From Salpingoeca rosetta (lineage: Eukaryota; Protista; Choanoflagellata): a stretch of DNA of 64,000 nucleotides. Shown piece by piece: positions 19,960-33,754 of this stretch. How positions within the stretch are numbered: position 1 is the first letter of the stretch; every line of letters starts with the position of its first letter. A model generated the notes under the pieces. The model did not search any database, was not told where the DNA came from, and worked only from the letters and a program-made list of their open reading frames with translations. The DNA is taken from contig JAWQFM010000018.1 of the NCBI GenBank assembly GCA_033442325.1, positions 410,353 through 474,352 of the forward strand, given 5' to 3'. A program made the position numbers and the translations under genes.

Positions 19960-22299
19960 CTGTCTCAGTTTGTTTGATTTTGCGTTTGCGCGTCGGAGGG
20001 AGCGCTGCACTGCCTTCACCTCCTGCAGCAGCTCAACCTGGCACAGACAACCACACAGTTGCAGTCATGGCAGCAAAAAGGTGGTGGTGGTGGTGGTGTA
20101 CGAGTGTGCGTGGGAGCGAGCGAGCATGAGTGTATGTATGTATGTATGTATGTATGTGTGAGTGAGCGAGTGAGTGTGCATACACGTGCATGGATGCGTA
20201 GACCACACTGTAATGTGAGCAACCACAACACGTCTTCGTACCATGTCGAGTGCGTGGTATCTGAACTCGTCTGCAATCTCCGCCAGCGCCCCGCGGACAA
20301 CAGGCGACAGCGTGCTGTCCCTACAGCGCCGCCACAACACGCAGCCATCGTGGTGGTGGTGGTGGTGATGATGATGATGATGACGACGGGAGAGGTCAGC
20401 TGCTTACAATCACCGGTACACACACACACACACACACACAGATGCAGAGCCAAAGCCACAGCTACAGACACACACACACACACACACAGCAACAGCCTTC
20501 CACTTTAAGTTGGGCGTACTCGATGTCGGCGATGCAGCGGTCAACGGTGGCGATGGCCAGGTCGATATCCGTCGCCGTCGTCACAGATCGCAGTGCCGAC
20601 GCGTCCAGGGAATACAGGCGCAGCACGTCTGCACAGCAACCGGCAAGTTGTATGTGAGGTTGTGTTTGTGTGTGAGAGAGAGAGAGAGTGTGTGTGATGA
20701 GGGGTCCGAGTTTGATGGACTGACACACAGCTACACACACACACACACACACACAGCCACACACACCCACACCCACACCCACACGCACACACACACACAC
20801 ACACATACACGTACTTTCTGGGTTGTAGTCTGGATCCCTTCTTATCTTTGTTTTGCGCTTTGATGCTGCTCCCTTCCCACTTCTTGCTGCTCCGCCCTTC
20901 GTTGTTGTCCTCGCCTGCTGTCGTTTCGCTGCTGCTGTTCTCGCCGTTGCCGCCTTCTGCGTCTTCTTCGTTGCAACGCCTTTTCGGGCGGTCACCTTCC
21001 TCGACGCCGATGCTGGCGCTGGTTGCTTCCGGCCGCCGGCACGTGTGCGCGTCGCTGATGACGACGATGGTGTTGATGATGTCGTGGACGCAGCGCCGCC
21101 CGTCTTCCTTCCTCGCGTCCGCCGTGACGCCGACGACGACGACGACGACGACGCCGCTGCTGCTGCTCGCCCTCGCCCTCGTCGTGATGATGATGTTGAT
21201 GACGATGATGAGCCGCTGCCGGGAATCGATTTTCGCGCCGTCATTTTCGTCCGGCGCACCGATGATGACGAGGACGACGACGAGGGGGGTGCTCGCTTGC
21301 GACTGCTGCTACTCGCCTGTACATCACGGCGTGAGACAATGGTGAATGCAAAGGAAAAGCAAGGCGAGGAAGCAAGATGAGGAGGTAAGCGGGACGTGCA
21401 TGCGCGGTTTGCGTGGAGTTGATGCAGGGCGAAGCAACACGCTCACTTTGGCCGAGGAAGCGGCTCGCTTTGCAGACGGCTGCACATACGAGATACCGGA
21501 CTGTGGTGTGGCGGTCATCATCATGCTCTGTGGTGTTTCGAACTGTGGTGCTGTGGTATTGAGCGAGAGCGGCATGCATGGTGTTAGGGGGGGGGGGGGG
21601 TTGTCACATTCAAGTAGGATTTGAGCGTCAGGGCGACAGGGCAGGCATGGTGGCGACAGCACAATGGCATGGTTTCAGCATCAACATTCGCACAGCGGTT
21701 GCAAGCTGGTGGCACGCAGAGCAGGAAAATGGAAACGCACTCCTTGCTGTGGATGCCGGTGTCTTCGCTGTGCTGGTTTTCTTGTTGCCTGTGGACGGTG
21801 GCTGCGGCGACGCCGTTCTTCGCGGCTTGACAAATCGCCTGTTCACGTTGTGCGTTCCAGCAGGCGTGTGGAAGATCATAGGCCGCTGCTTCGTTTGTTT
21901 GCTGCATGTTCGTGTTGTTGTTGTTGTTGTTGTTGTGTGTGTGTGAGCGAGTGAGTGCGTGATTGTGAGTACGTGATTGTGAGTGAGTGAGTGAGTGAGT
22001 GAGTGAGTGAGTGAGTGAGTGAGTGAGTGAGTGAGTGAGTGAGTGAGTGTGTGTGTTTGTGCTTGTGAGTGAGTGAGTGAGTGAGTGAGTGTGTGTGTGT
22101 GTGTGTGTTTGTGCTTGTGAGTGCGTGAGTGAGTGAGTGAGTGAGTGAGTGTGTCCGCGCTCAACGGCAAGTAAACCATGTGCCAGCCAACTGTTGTGCA
22201 CACAGCACCAACGACATGCATCTCAACGCACTTGGTTGGCCTTCGACGCATGTCTGCGTCTTGGCTGTTGATGAGGGATCCGGGCTTCTTCTTGTCCAT
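19123..22299 (-). CDS. CENPU: Centromere protein U (CENP-U/Ame1/Mis17)-like, about 10 exons
   Basis: A phase-consistent spliced model gives a long basic, disordered N-terminus. The C-terminus reads ...[95 protein letters not shown]...[12 protein letters not shown]...[30 protein letters not shown], colinear with the CENP-U C-terminal helical/coiled-coil domain as recalled. Confidence 0.7.
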
Positions 22300-22530
22300 C
22301 TTGCTTGGCAGCAGTGTGTGTCTGCCAGCGTCCGGGCAGTGCAAGTTGCAGTTGAAGCTGCAGTTGAGGTGGTGGTGGTGTTGTGCTTCGCTCAGCTCGC
22401 TCCTGCAACGGTCTTGGGGTTTTGAAAATTAATAGAAATCATTCATCACATTTCCACAATCGCAGGCACAAATCGAAGGTGAGGACGGAGTGGGTTGCAC
22501 GTTGTTGTGCATGTGCTTGTATCTGTGTGC

Positions 22531-22577
<47 letters not shown>

Positions 22578-22881
22578 TGTATCTGTGTGCTTGTGTGTGT
22601 GTGTGTGTGCTTGCATCTGTGCTGTCTCTCTTGCTCTCTCTTTGCGTGCATACGTGCAGGAGGTTCTTCGTGCTTCCACCTGTCCGTCACATCACTCACT
22701 TCACGTCACACACCCACACACACTCTCTCTGACACTCTGACACTCTGACTCTCTGACTCTCTGACTCTCTCACTCTCTCACTCTCTCACACACACACTCG
22801 CACACACGCAGACACACGGTCTGAACAGAGCTGGCATCATCCCCATCATCTCCATTTTCACAGCGACAGCCCACAGACACG

Positions 22882-23446
22882 ATGGCCGACCAGAACAAGC
22901 TTGAGCAAGTGTTCGAGGAGCACTACAACGTGTTTGAGCGCAAGCTGCGCCAGCAGCAGCGCGCGGAGTTCCTCTGCTGTGCCACATGCTCCGAGAACCC
23001 CAACATGAGCGCCAAGGATTACAACGAGTGCCTGCAGAAGTGCAAGGCCCCGCTCACCGCGTTCTCCGAGGTCATGCAGAAGGAGATCGGCAACTTCCAG
23101 GTGTGCGCATGTGCGCGCGTGTGTGTTTGTTTGGCTGTTCTGTGGCAAGTTGCCCTTCCCTTCTCTCCCACGCTTACCTCCTTCTCCACGTGACACTCTT
23201 TGCCCTGCAACGCACGTGCTCAACTCGCAATTGCGCGCAATGCAGGAGCGGTACATGCGCTGCGCGCGCGACTGCGAGGACCGCATCCGTGATCGCATCA
23301 CCCCGGATATGCAGTCGCTGCCGCCGCATCTGGAGGAGGAGCTCAAGGCGTGTGCCAGCAAGTGCTCGTCATCGCACGCCGCACTTGTGCCGGGCCTCTT
23401 CAAGAAGCTTGACGAGTACGCCAAGCACTTTGCATCGAAACAGTAA
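22882..23446 (+). CDS. FAM136A: FAM136A / DUF842 family protein (2 exons: 22882-23100, 23246-23446)
   Basis: About 139 aa with repeated Cx3C pairs: FLCCATC, NECLQKCKAPL...EIGNFQERYMRCARDCED, KACASKC. Confidence 0.88.
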
Positions 23447-24135
23447 CCGTAGGCTCACAACTTCCCAACTCGACAGTGTGTGTGTGTGTAGGTGTGTGTG
23501 TGTGTCAGTTGGTAGCGTGGATTGTGTCTGCATCTAGCGCGCATGTGTCAAACTAGTGTGTGCGTATAACTTGCGTGTATTTGGTGCGCCACACCGACCA
23601 TGTTGCTGGTGTTCATCCGTGCGGACACGAGACTCGTCACATCCACCCCCTTGATCAGAGATTGTGGTCGTGCGGTGTATATGCGTATGCTAGCCAGATA
23701 TGTGTGTGTGTGTGTGTTTCATGCTATGGCACCGTGCTTGTGTGCGTGTCGATATAGTGGCAGCTGTTGTGCGTCGTGCAATCACAGCACGTACGCACGT
23801 GTGCACAGGCCATAAACAACCTCCATAGCCTTGCCTCATTCACGGCAGGAGTGTGCCCAGACATGCGAACACAACGAGGAAGGGAGGGGGGTGTGGTGAC
23901 GCGGACACAGGGGCCAGTAGATCGACAAGGCAGAGGGGGTGGGTCAATGGCGTGGAACGCACCACCTCACACATGCATGGGTGAGGCACACGCCTCTTCA
24001 AGCGACACTTCTTCACACACACACATACACACATACACACAGACAAATAGACACACGAAAACACACACACACACACACATACACACACACACACGAACAC
24101 ACACACACACACACACAACATGAGCAGCAGCAGCG

Positions 24136-25126
24136 TCACGACATGTCTTTGTTGAATATGTCGAGTGGGATGAAGCGGTATGGCTTGTACTGCTCGTTCA
24201 GGTTCAACTGCGTCGATGTCTCTGTTCCGCTCGCGTATGTCTGCGATATCGTGTAGTCCTCCCAGCCTGTGTTGCACATGCAGCGCAGCAGAAGGGCCGG
24301 GTGTGAACGCGAGGTGTTGTGTATGTGTGTGCGTGTGTGTGTGTGTGTGAGAGTGTGTGTGTGCATGTGTGAGGGTGTGTGTGCGTGTGAGGGTGTGTGT
24401 GCGTGTGTGTGTATGTGTGAGGGTGTGTGTGTGGTGTATGTAATGCATGAATCGAGGCATGCGTGCGCGTGCGTTCGCACTCAGTCTTGATGATGGCTTT
24501 CCCGAGCGCTCGGAGATGCGGAGACGAAGCACGAACGTCGTCAGCAGCGGTGACACGTGCTAATGGCGACAGAGACGGGTACAGGTGAAGGGGAGGAGTT
24601 GAGCAGCGAAGTGAACCCAATTGTACGCGAAAAAAGCACACGAATAATGTAACCACCCACACACAAACACACACACGCACACGCACACACACACACACAC
24701 ACAACACACACACACACACACACACAACACACACACACACACACACAACACACACACACAGACACACAGACACAAACACACACACACACACAGACACACA
24801 CACACACAACACACACACACACACACACACACAGACACACACACACACACACACAGACACACACACCAACTGACCGCCACGTCGGAGTCGCGTCCTCGGC
24901 GCCGCCGCTGCCGCCGCGCGTGTGCGTTTTGCTGCCGCAGGTTGCTTGCTGCTTGCTCGAGTGTGACAACCAGCTCATCACCATCGCCGTCGACGCCGTC
25001 ACATCGCCACGTGCCGTGCAGCAGCTGCAGATCCGACCGCGCGTGAACCGAGCGGCGCAGATGGCCGACAACCTGATGAAGGAGGAGGAGGGGGCAGGGG
25101 TGGTGATGTCGTGTGAGATGTGAGCA

Positions 25127-25160
<34 letters not shown>

Positions 25161-25936
25161 TGTGTGTGTGTGTATGTGTGTGTGTGTGAGTGTGAGTGTG
25201 AGTGTGTGTGTGTGAGTGTGTGTGTGTGTGAGTGTGAGTGTGTGTATGTGTGTGACAGAGCAGGTTGAGAATCGTGCCGTAAAGCTGCACATCACACCCG
25301 ACAACAACTGCCGCTGCAACTATCATCACCACCACCATCACCTCCACCATCACCACGGAGACCTTTGCTGGCGCGTCGCATGAGAGGGCGGAGATTGCGT
25401 GGCCGCAGGGGAGGAGGCGCAGGTAGCGGAAGTACTGCACCGTGTGCCACGGCCGATACAGGTCGTCCAGGCTCTGCCGGGGGGGGGGGGTTTAAGGTTG
25501 GCGGTGAGGAGGAGTATGTGCATGTGTGTGTGTGTGTATGTGTGTGTGTATGTATGTGTGCGTGCGCGCGCGCGTGTGTGTGTCAGACAACTTCTCAAGC
25601 GACTGCCTGAACCAACTGCCTGAACCAACTGCCTGAACCAACACAGCCAACCCACGCCACCATCACTGGGCTGCAGGGTGGTCACCTGCTCGCCTCTGCG
25701 GAAGTAGACGACGCGGCTCACATACACGCCGTGATGCAGTGGCCGCGGTCGCCGCATGCTCGCAGCCCGCCACGACGGCCTTTGGGGAGGGGGGAGAGGC
25801 ATGATTGTTGGTGGTTAGTGATTGGTGGTTGGTGGTTGGTGGTTGGTGGTTGGTAGACCAAGTGCAGTTCACAGGTCATCGGCACAGACACACAGACACA
25901 CACACACACACACAGACACACACACACAGACACACA

Positions 25937-25997
<61 letters not shown>

Positions 25998-26660
25998 ACA
26001 CACAACACGCAGCGCACCATGGTGCGTGTGTGAGCGGGGGCGGGGACCAGAGCCGGTGGGCGACGGCTTTCCAGAAGCAGTCGTCGTGCAGGACGACGAA
26101 GAGAAAGCGGCACGTCGAGGCAAGGCGCAGGATGGGGGTCAGGTCCTAATTGTCGTGGCGGTGATGGTGATGATGTGATGAAATGGAACGTGAGAGGATG
26201 GTATGCGGTGCGGCTTGAGTGTGCTTGTTAGCAGGTGAAAGGAGGATCAGCAAAGCAAGAGAATGAGACAAAGCAAGCAAGATCAAGATCCACCACTGCT
26301 GTCCACTTCCAACACAATCTTCTCGTCACGGCCATTGGCACCGCTGCTCGTCATCATCGTGCGTGTGCGTACATATGTGGGCTTGAGGAGGTGCAAGGCA
26401 ATGGCGTGGATGATCTCAAGCGGGAGCTCGCGGATGTGCATCTGCATAGCGGGACGAGCGGGCGCGGTTGCGAGTGTGAGTGAGTGAGAGTGAGTGAGTG
26501 AGTGAGTGAGTGAGTGAGTGTGTGTGTGTGAGGGTGAAAAGAAACAACGGCCACTCACAATGTGTGCAAGTCAACATGAGTAGACACACACACAAATACA
26601 CACGCACAGACACACAGACACACAGACACACAGACACACACACACAGACACACACACACA

Positions 26661-26697
<37 letters not shown>

Positions 26698-28124
26698 CCT
26701 CAGCCTCATGTGCAACACGAGGAAACTCACGACGTTGTCTGCTGGCGGTGTTGTTGGCTGCAATTCCGCGGCGCTGAAGCGAACGCACAGCTCATCCATC
26801 TCCTGTGCAAGTCACATGTGAGCCAAGGGGAAGGGCGGAGGCGGCGCTTGCATGAAATCGGCAACGGCACGCACAGACACACACACAGACACACACACAC
26901 ACACAGACACACACACACAGACACAGACACACACACACACACACAGACACACACACAGACACAGACACAGACACACACACGCACACAATGACTGACGTCG
27001 TGGTCGTGGTGCTGCTGGTCTGGGTGCAGCTGGCGCTGTTGTTCACGCATGGCGCGGGCTTGTTCAAGTCGTTCTGCCGGTGGGAGAAGTAAAAGCAGCA
27101 GGGTGGTGGTGGTGGACAAGGGAGGGAGGTTGGTTGATACATGAAATCCAGCCGCTCCAGAGCAGCATGCGGCAAACAGGGAATTACACAGACACAGACA
27201 CAGACACAGACACACAGACACAGACACAGACACACAGAGACACAGACACAGACAGACAGACAGACACACACACACACACATATACACACACATATACACA
27301 CACACATGCACACACATATGCACGCCTCACGTTCTCGGCGGCGCGTCAACACACGGTGGGCACGGAACTCAATATCAGGCAAGAGCTTGGCAGCGCGGCG
27401 ATAGTAGTACAGAGCTGATCGTCCAGGTAATGAATGACACACACACACAATGAGAGAGTGAAATGACACAGTGAACAGCTAACTGCTATCACACACACAC
27501 ACATTCGCACTCACTCACAAGCACACTGACACACCTTCTGTCTGGCAGTTGGCTTCCTCAAGCTCAGCGCCTTTGAAGTAAAGTGAGAGGGCCTGCTCGT
27601 TCCATGTCACAACACACGTCCATCACAGCAAGGAGATGTGAGTGTACGGACACGCCCACAAACGACAGTTACAACCCCAACCCACAGCAAGCTGTTATGC
27701 AACAGCACCCGCACAGCAGCCACACCTCCTTCTCCACGTCGTCTTGTGCCTGTGCTGCTGCCTCCTTCGACGCCGAGGTCGGCAGTCCCAGCACCTCACC
27801 ACCGCCAGTCGTAGCGTCCAGAGCATCGCCGTCTTCGTCGGCTTCGTCGTCATCACCACCGCCAGCCCTCCGCGGCGTCACAACCTTCTCGTGGCGTGCA
27901 GCTGACACTGATGGGTGTTGACGGTGTTGCTCTTGTTGTTGTGTCGTGCTGCTGTCTGCCGGGTGGCGCTGCTGGTTCAGTTCCTGCTGCCACTGCCGTC
28001 TGAAGAGGTCCAGCTCCACGTCCCTGGACTCCTGGATCGTGGCATCGTCAAACGGCACGCTCTCCAGCACACCAGCCCCCTCCCGATCACCACCATCACC
28101 ACCATCATCATCACGGTCGCTCAT
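24136..28124 (-). CDS. FBXO9: F-box only protein 9 (TPR + F-box + C-terminal beta domain), multi-exon
   Basis: [13 protein letters not shown]; [18 protein letters not shown]; F-box [13 protein letters not shown]...[19 protein letters not shown]; [15 protein letters not shown]; [12 protein letters not shown]. The terminal exon ends [17 protein letters not shown]. Confidence 0.87.
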
Positions 28125-28281
28125 GATGTTGGCTGGCTGTAACACTTCTTCTCTGTTGGTTTTTGTTGTTTGTTTTCATTGGGGGAGAAAGAAAGAAAGA
28201 AAGCGGACACGACGCCACACCGCGACGTGTGATGTGACGCACACACGCACACACGCACGCACGCACACGCGCACACGCACG

Positions 28282-28368
<87 letters not shown>

Positions 28369-28372
<4 letters not shown>

Positions 28373-29284
28373 TTGTGCAGCTCGAAGATGCCGGTTAGGA
28401 TCTTGGTGGCCTCCTCGAAAAACACGCGCCAGCGGTCCTCGGCGCACTTGTTCGCCGTCTTGTCGGGGTGGTAGTGGAACAGCGCCTTCTTCAGCCGCGT
28501 CTTCTCGTTCCCGTCAATCGGAAACTCAAGCGTGTACGTCGCGTCCTTGGGCGCATGCTTCGTGTACAGGTGCTCCAGCAGCTTGTGCAGATGCGTCTTG
28601 TCCTCCTCCTTCTTGTTCCTCTCCGTCTCCGCATCGTCGCTCGCAGGCGTCACCTTGCCCTGCTCCTTTGCGCTCGCCGCCATGGTCCGCAGCGTGTCCA
28701 GCTCGTCCTTGAGCGCTTCGAGGTGCTCCGTCTTCCACGCGCTGTCCTCGCGGTCCCGCCGCTCGTTCTGCTCCCGCACAAACTCCGACGCCCTCACGAA
28801 CCAGTCGACGGTGCCAAAGTTCTTGGGCGCCATGCTCAGGGCAAGCCGGATGCTCTGCTGGCAAAACTCCTTCCCGCGCAGCGGCTGCTTCAGCACCTGT
28901 GTGTGTGTGTGTGTGGGGGGGGGGTCAGTGCGTGTGGTGGGAAGCAAGGATTGGGAGGGGGTGCGGCGGTATTGCGAAGAAACCAAGTCGCACATTTGAC
29001 ACAGACACACACACACAGACACACACACTCACACTCACTCACTCACTCACACAGACACACACACACACACACACGAACATGAACAGAGCCGCTTACCCCT
29101 GCGTAGATGCGGCCGAGGAGGGCCCACGCCTCCGCCTCCGTCTCGACGTCCTTGCCCTCGGCGAGCTGCGTGCAGTAGCGAATGCTGTCAAGCGCATGGT
29201 AGATGAGCGTCATGTTCAGCGTGTCGTCCCCGAGGATCGCCTCCTCAAAGTGCTGCCACACGCAAGGGGCAACAGCATAGTGTG

Positions 29285-29364
<80 letters not shown>

Positions 29365-30141
29365 GCAATGGCTCAATTAGTGGTGTGGATTTCAAGGCCG
29401 AGAGTGGTGGTGAAGCAAACACTTGATCACACACAAGTCGTGTGCCCCAACAGCAACCCCCTCAGTCCCCGGGACACCCTCTTGAGGGGCCACGCACCTG
29501 CTTGGCCTGTGCCAGGCTCTGTTGGCTGCGGGCAATGAACGTGTGCCTAGTGATGTCCTCTTGCAGCACTTCCACCTCCGACGACAGCGTCAGCGACACA
29601 TCAACGCCGTCCGCACCAAGCTTGTCCATGGCCTGTGCCGCCTCCACGCACGACCGCTGCGCCTCGCCAAGCACACTCAGCGCGTGCATGTACTCCTTCT
29701 TCTCGAGGGCAACAGCCGCTCGCTGGAACATGAGCAGACCAACGTGGCTGTTCAGCCTGCAGTGCATCACGGGGCTTGTGGGCACGCCGGAGAAGCACAG
29801 GCTGCACAGCGCATGCATGCACGCCTCGCCATCCATGTCGTAGTGCGATCGCAGCGTGTCCAGCACATCCCCAAGCCGCTCCTCGGCACGTGAAGTCAAT
29901 TCCTGCAGCCACTCCAATGGCTTGCACGCCTTGCCGCTGCGGTACGCATCCCCATGCGCCAGCCACATCATGCGCAGGTGGTACTGGGCCTCAGCCACGG
30001 AGCCCAGGCCCATGCAAATGTACTTCATGTGCACGTTGTACAGGTTCTTGTTCGCGGACGCTAAGTCCGCCTCACTTGTCGCCGTGCTCTTCGCCGCATG
30101 GTAGTGCCTGCACACATTCGTTGAGAATGTCCGTACGAACG

Positions 30142-30217
<76 letters not shown>

Positions 30218-30644
30218 TGAGTGTGTGTGTGTGTCTGTCCATATAAAAAATAAATATGAAAAAAAGGGCGCGTGCCAGCAATTGGAGCGAGACAATCCTC
30301 TCTAGTCGTCGTGCTGCGCGCGGCCCAGCAGCCAGATCTAAGCGTCCCCCCACTCCATTCTCCATATTCGTGCCTAAAGGTTTTAAGAGTCTGATAGGCA
30401 GAGAAGAGACTATATAGGAGAATAGGNNNNNNNNNNNNNNNNNNNNNNNNNNNNNNNNNNNNNNNNNNNNNNNNNNNNNNNNNNNNNNNNNNNNNNNNNN
30501 NNNNNNNNNNNNNNNNNNNNNNNNNNAAGGTGCTCACCATCATGCTTGTGTTGTTGTCAAACGCAAACCGGTGACCGAGCCACGCTCAATCAAGCCATTG
30601 CCCGTGTTACCGCGAGTGCATGGACAGTCAAAACGCACGGACAT

Positions 30645-30688
<44 letters not shown>

Positions 30689-30797
30689 CTTACCGAACGC
30701 ACTCTTCGAAGCGGTCCAGCAACACATTCCGAGACACGTCCCCAACAAGGCGCTTGAACACCTCATTGCCCTTCTGGCGATGATACGACGAGCTCAT
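28369..30797 (-). CDS. TPR-like helical protein with C-terminal J-domain-like HPD motif
   Basis: Exon 1 (30797-30694) MSSSYHRQKGNEVFKRLVG...ECVR splices in phase across gap 30427-30526 to HYHAAKSTATSEADLASANKN. TPR-like EAEAWALLGRIY. C-terminus RLKKALFHYHPDK...FFEEATKIL. The stop lies in a GTGAGT context, so a further exon cannot be excluded. Confidence 0.72.
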
Positions 30798-31056
30798 AAT
30801 GGGCGACAGGAAGCACAAGCTGCAAGATGGAAGCGAGAAATGCGAGTCATCCGCATGGATGGATGCACTCAGACCACAGCGAGAGCCACAGGGAAAGGGG
30901 AATGGTCAAGACGCAGATGACACATCGGCCAGCAATGACACATCCACCGCCATGGGATGCACTGGCGCAGTCCCCGAAGCAATCTTTCCCCGCTCGCTCA
31001 TGCTGAGTCACAGTGCCAGCGGCAAAAGGCGGACAGCTGTGCTCGAGAATCATGTG

Positions 31057-31119
31057 TCACGTGGAGAGAAACGAGGATTGCAAGCAACCAAGCAGCGGCG
31101 ACAGCTCAAACACATCCAT
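31057..31119 (-). pseudogene. Truncated WAVE 5' fragment / uORF MDVFELSPLLGCLQSSFLST*
   Basis: The first 10 codons are identical to WAVE (2220-2248), followed by unrelated sequence and a stop. Confidence 0.75.
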
Positions 31120-31839
31120 TGCTCGTCCTTCTTCTTGCTTGTTGTCCTTCCTTTTGTCTTTTTGTTGTTTGGGCACGGGGTACTGTACTGGCTGGCTGGT
31201 GGCACTGCAAGGTGCTGTTGGGTTGGTGGTGGCACTGCAAGGTGGTGCTGCTTGGTGGTGCTGGTTGGTGGGTGCTGGCGGTGAGGGGGGAGGGGTGGAA
31301 GGCAGACAATTGGCGGAGAATCTTCGCCTCTGCGTCTTCTTCTTGTGCTTGCTTGCTCGTGTGTGGCAGCAAAAAAACAAAACAAAACAAAACGCCAGCT
31401 CAACATAACACACTTTATGCTGTCGAAGAACAACCAGGCAGGACTGCAGCGCAAAACGGTTGTTGGATGGTTGGATGTGGTTGGAAGAAAAGAAACGTTG
31501 CTGATCTCAAGCCAGCAGGGCACCCCACTGGCTGCTGGTTGACTGACTGCTGGCTAACTGCTGGCTGGCTGCTGGCTGACTGCTGGCTGACTGGCTGTTG
31601 GGTTGCCAAGCCACTCGCCACTACCGCCGACGAAGGCGTCGTTGAGATCGTCTGTTGCAACACAAAGACACAAACACACAGACACACCGTGTGCAGGTGA
31701 GCATTCCCACAATGCTGCAGTGTTGGTTTTGGCGGGAAACCGCCTTTGTTCTTTTGTTGCTCGTTCTCATCTCAACTGCTGCTGCTGCTGCTGCTGCTGC
31801 TTGTGCTGCTGCTTGCTGCTGCTGCTGTTAACATGTGAT

Positions 31840-31874
<35 letters not shown>

Positions 31875-31926
31875 TCACTCACTTGCTGTACCTCCCTTTC
31901 TCAAAAAACAAACTTGATCCACTTCA

Positions 31927-32010
<84 letters not shown>

Positions 32011-33403
32011 TGTTGTTGTTGTTGTTGTCCATTGTTGCGCGCGCTCATATGTGGTGCAGACGATTGAAGGTGGTGGATGGCGAATACAAACAGGCACAAA
32101 TGCATGAGGACAGGAGCATTGACACCCTGCTCGACACACGCGCCAAAGGCGGGGTGAGCATCGCTGCTGCGCTGTCATATGCTCCACGTATGCATTCGTG
32201 CGTTCATGCATGACGTGGGCGCGTGTGGTGACAGTGCACGCGCGCGTGTATTGAGCGCGGGTGCATGCACCTCTGCTGTGAGCTTGTGACGCACTTGTTC
32301 CCGCCCTTTGATCGCTTATTGCTCCCCTCTTCCTCTCACATCTCTTCCTGCTGATTCAACACGTGCGTGCACTGCGTGGCTTTGTTTGACTTCTGTGCAA
32401 GCACGCATGCAATGTGAATTTGGGTTCTCACAACATATGTGCCTGTGCCTGTGTGTGTGTGTGTGTGTGTGTGCGTTTGATCCCACGCCTGTCTCGGTCG
32501 CCTACACTCACACTGCGTGTGTGCTGTGTCGTTTGGCGGGTTGATTCACAGCAGGGACAAGCAGATGCGCAAACGCCTCGCACCTGGCTGTCACTGACAA
32601 CACCATGTTTTGTGTGACGGACATCGTGGGCGGTGGTGGTGCAGAAGAACAACAACAGCGCAGCGCGGCTGACTTTCCGCGCCAACACCCCCTCGGCAGC
32701 CACTGTGAGTGATCACAGCGCGTGCAGCGGCATGCAGCTTGTGTGTGTGTATGTGCGTGTGTGGTTGCCGCTGATGCTTCGGAGCGTGAGCAACAGCCAC
32801 ACAGGAGCGTTTCAAACTCAGAGTGCGCCACACCACCTGGCGTGCTCACACCAAGACGTGAACATGTGCGTGTGTGTATGTGTGTGCAGTGCGAATGGGC
32901 TGGGGTCATGCGCGACGCTGCAATCGGAAGGAGTGCGATGATGGCCAAGGTGTGGCGGTGGCCCCACGAACGCTGATTGTGCCCTGATGTACATCAAGAC
33001 GCCCATGCGCGTGTGTATGTGTGTGTTGTGTGTGTGTGTGTGTGTGCTGTTATTGTTCTTTTTTGTTTTCCGGAGTCCCATATCTTCTCACCACTGCGAA
33101 CTATGCACACGTACATGCATGCGCAGATGAGGCGAGCACCCGTGTCAAGTCGTGAACATGGGGTGGAGGAAGGGGTGCGGCTGTGTATGTGTGTGTGTGT
33201 GTGTGTGTGTGTCCTCTCCTTGTTTGAAGAAAATATGGGGAAAAGTGGGAAACGCTTTTGCTTTCACCTCAGCTGACCAACAATGGCTGATCAACAGTTT
33301 GTGATGTCTGTGAACATGTATGTGTATGTTTGTGATGTCTGTGATCATGTCTGTGAACATGTGTGTATGGTGTTTCCAGGTCGAGTTGGATGCGGGGCAC
33401 CTG
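31091..33403 (-). repeat. Inverted segmental duplication, copy B
   Basis: Reverse complement of ~100-2248 with a few SNPs and indels. It ends at assembly gap 33404. Confidence 0.93.
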
Positions 33404-33688
33404 NNNNNNNNNNNNNNNNNNNNNNNNNNNNNNNNNNNNNNNNNNNNNNNNNNNNNNNNNNNNNNNNNNNNNNNNNNNNNNNNNNNNNNNNNNNNNNNNN
33501 NNNACACACACACACGCACCCCCCCACACACACACAAACAAACACCACATCTTGCCGTGCTGACCACGCCCAGTTGTTTATGTTTTTTTTCTTTTTTGCG
33601 CGCGTGGCAACGTTATTTGTTCATCATATCCGTCAACACGTGCAAATTGGACCTTGACACGCATATCTAGAGGCTTGCACAATCACAA

Positions 33689-33754
<66 letters not shown>

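Noticed and set aside
21690-21740. CSACH...PCHC as a RING/zinc finger in ORF 21628..22344
   Set aside because: It falls after the GTGCGT donor at ~21740, inside an intron of the CENP-U-like model.
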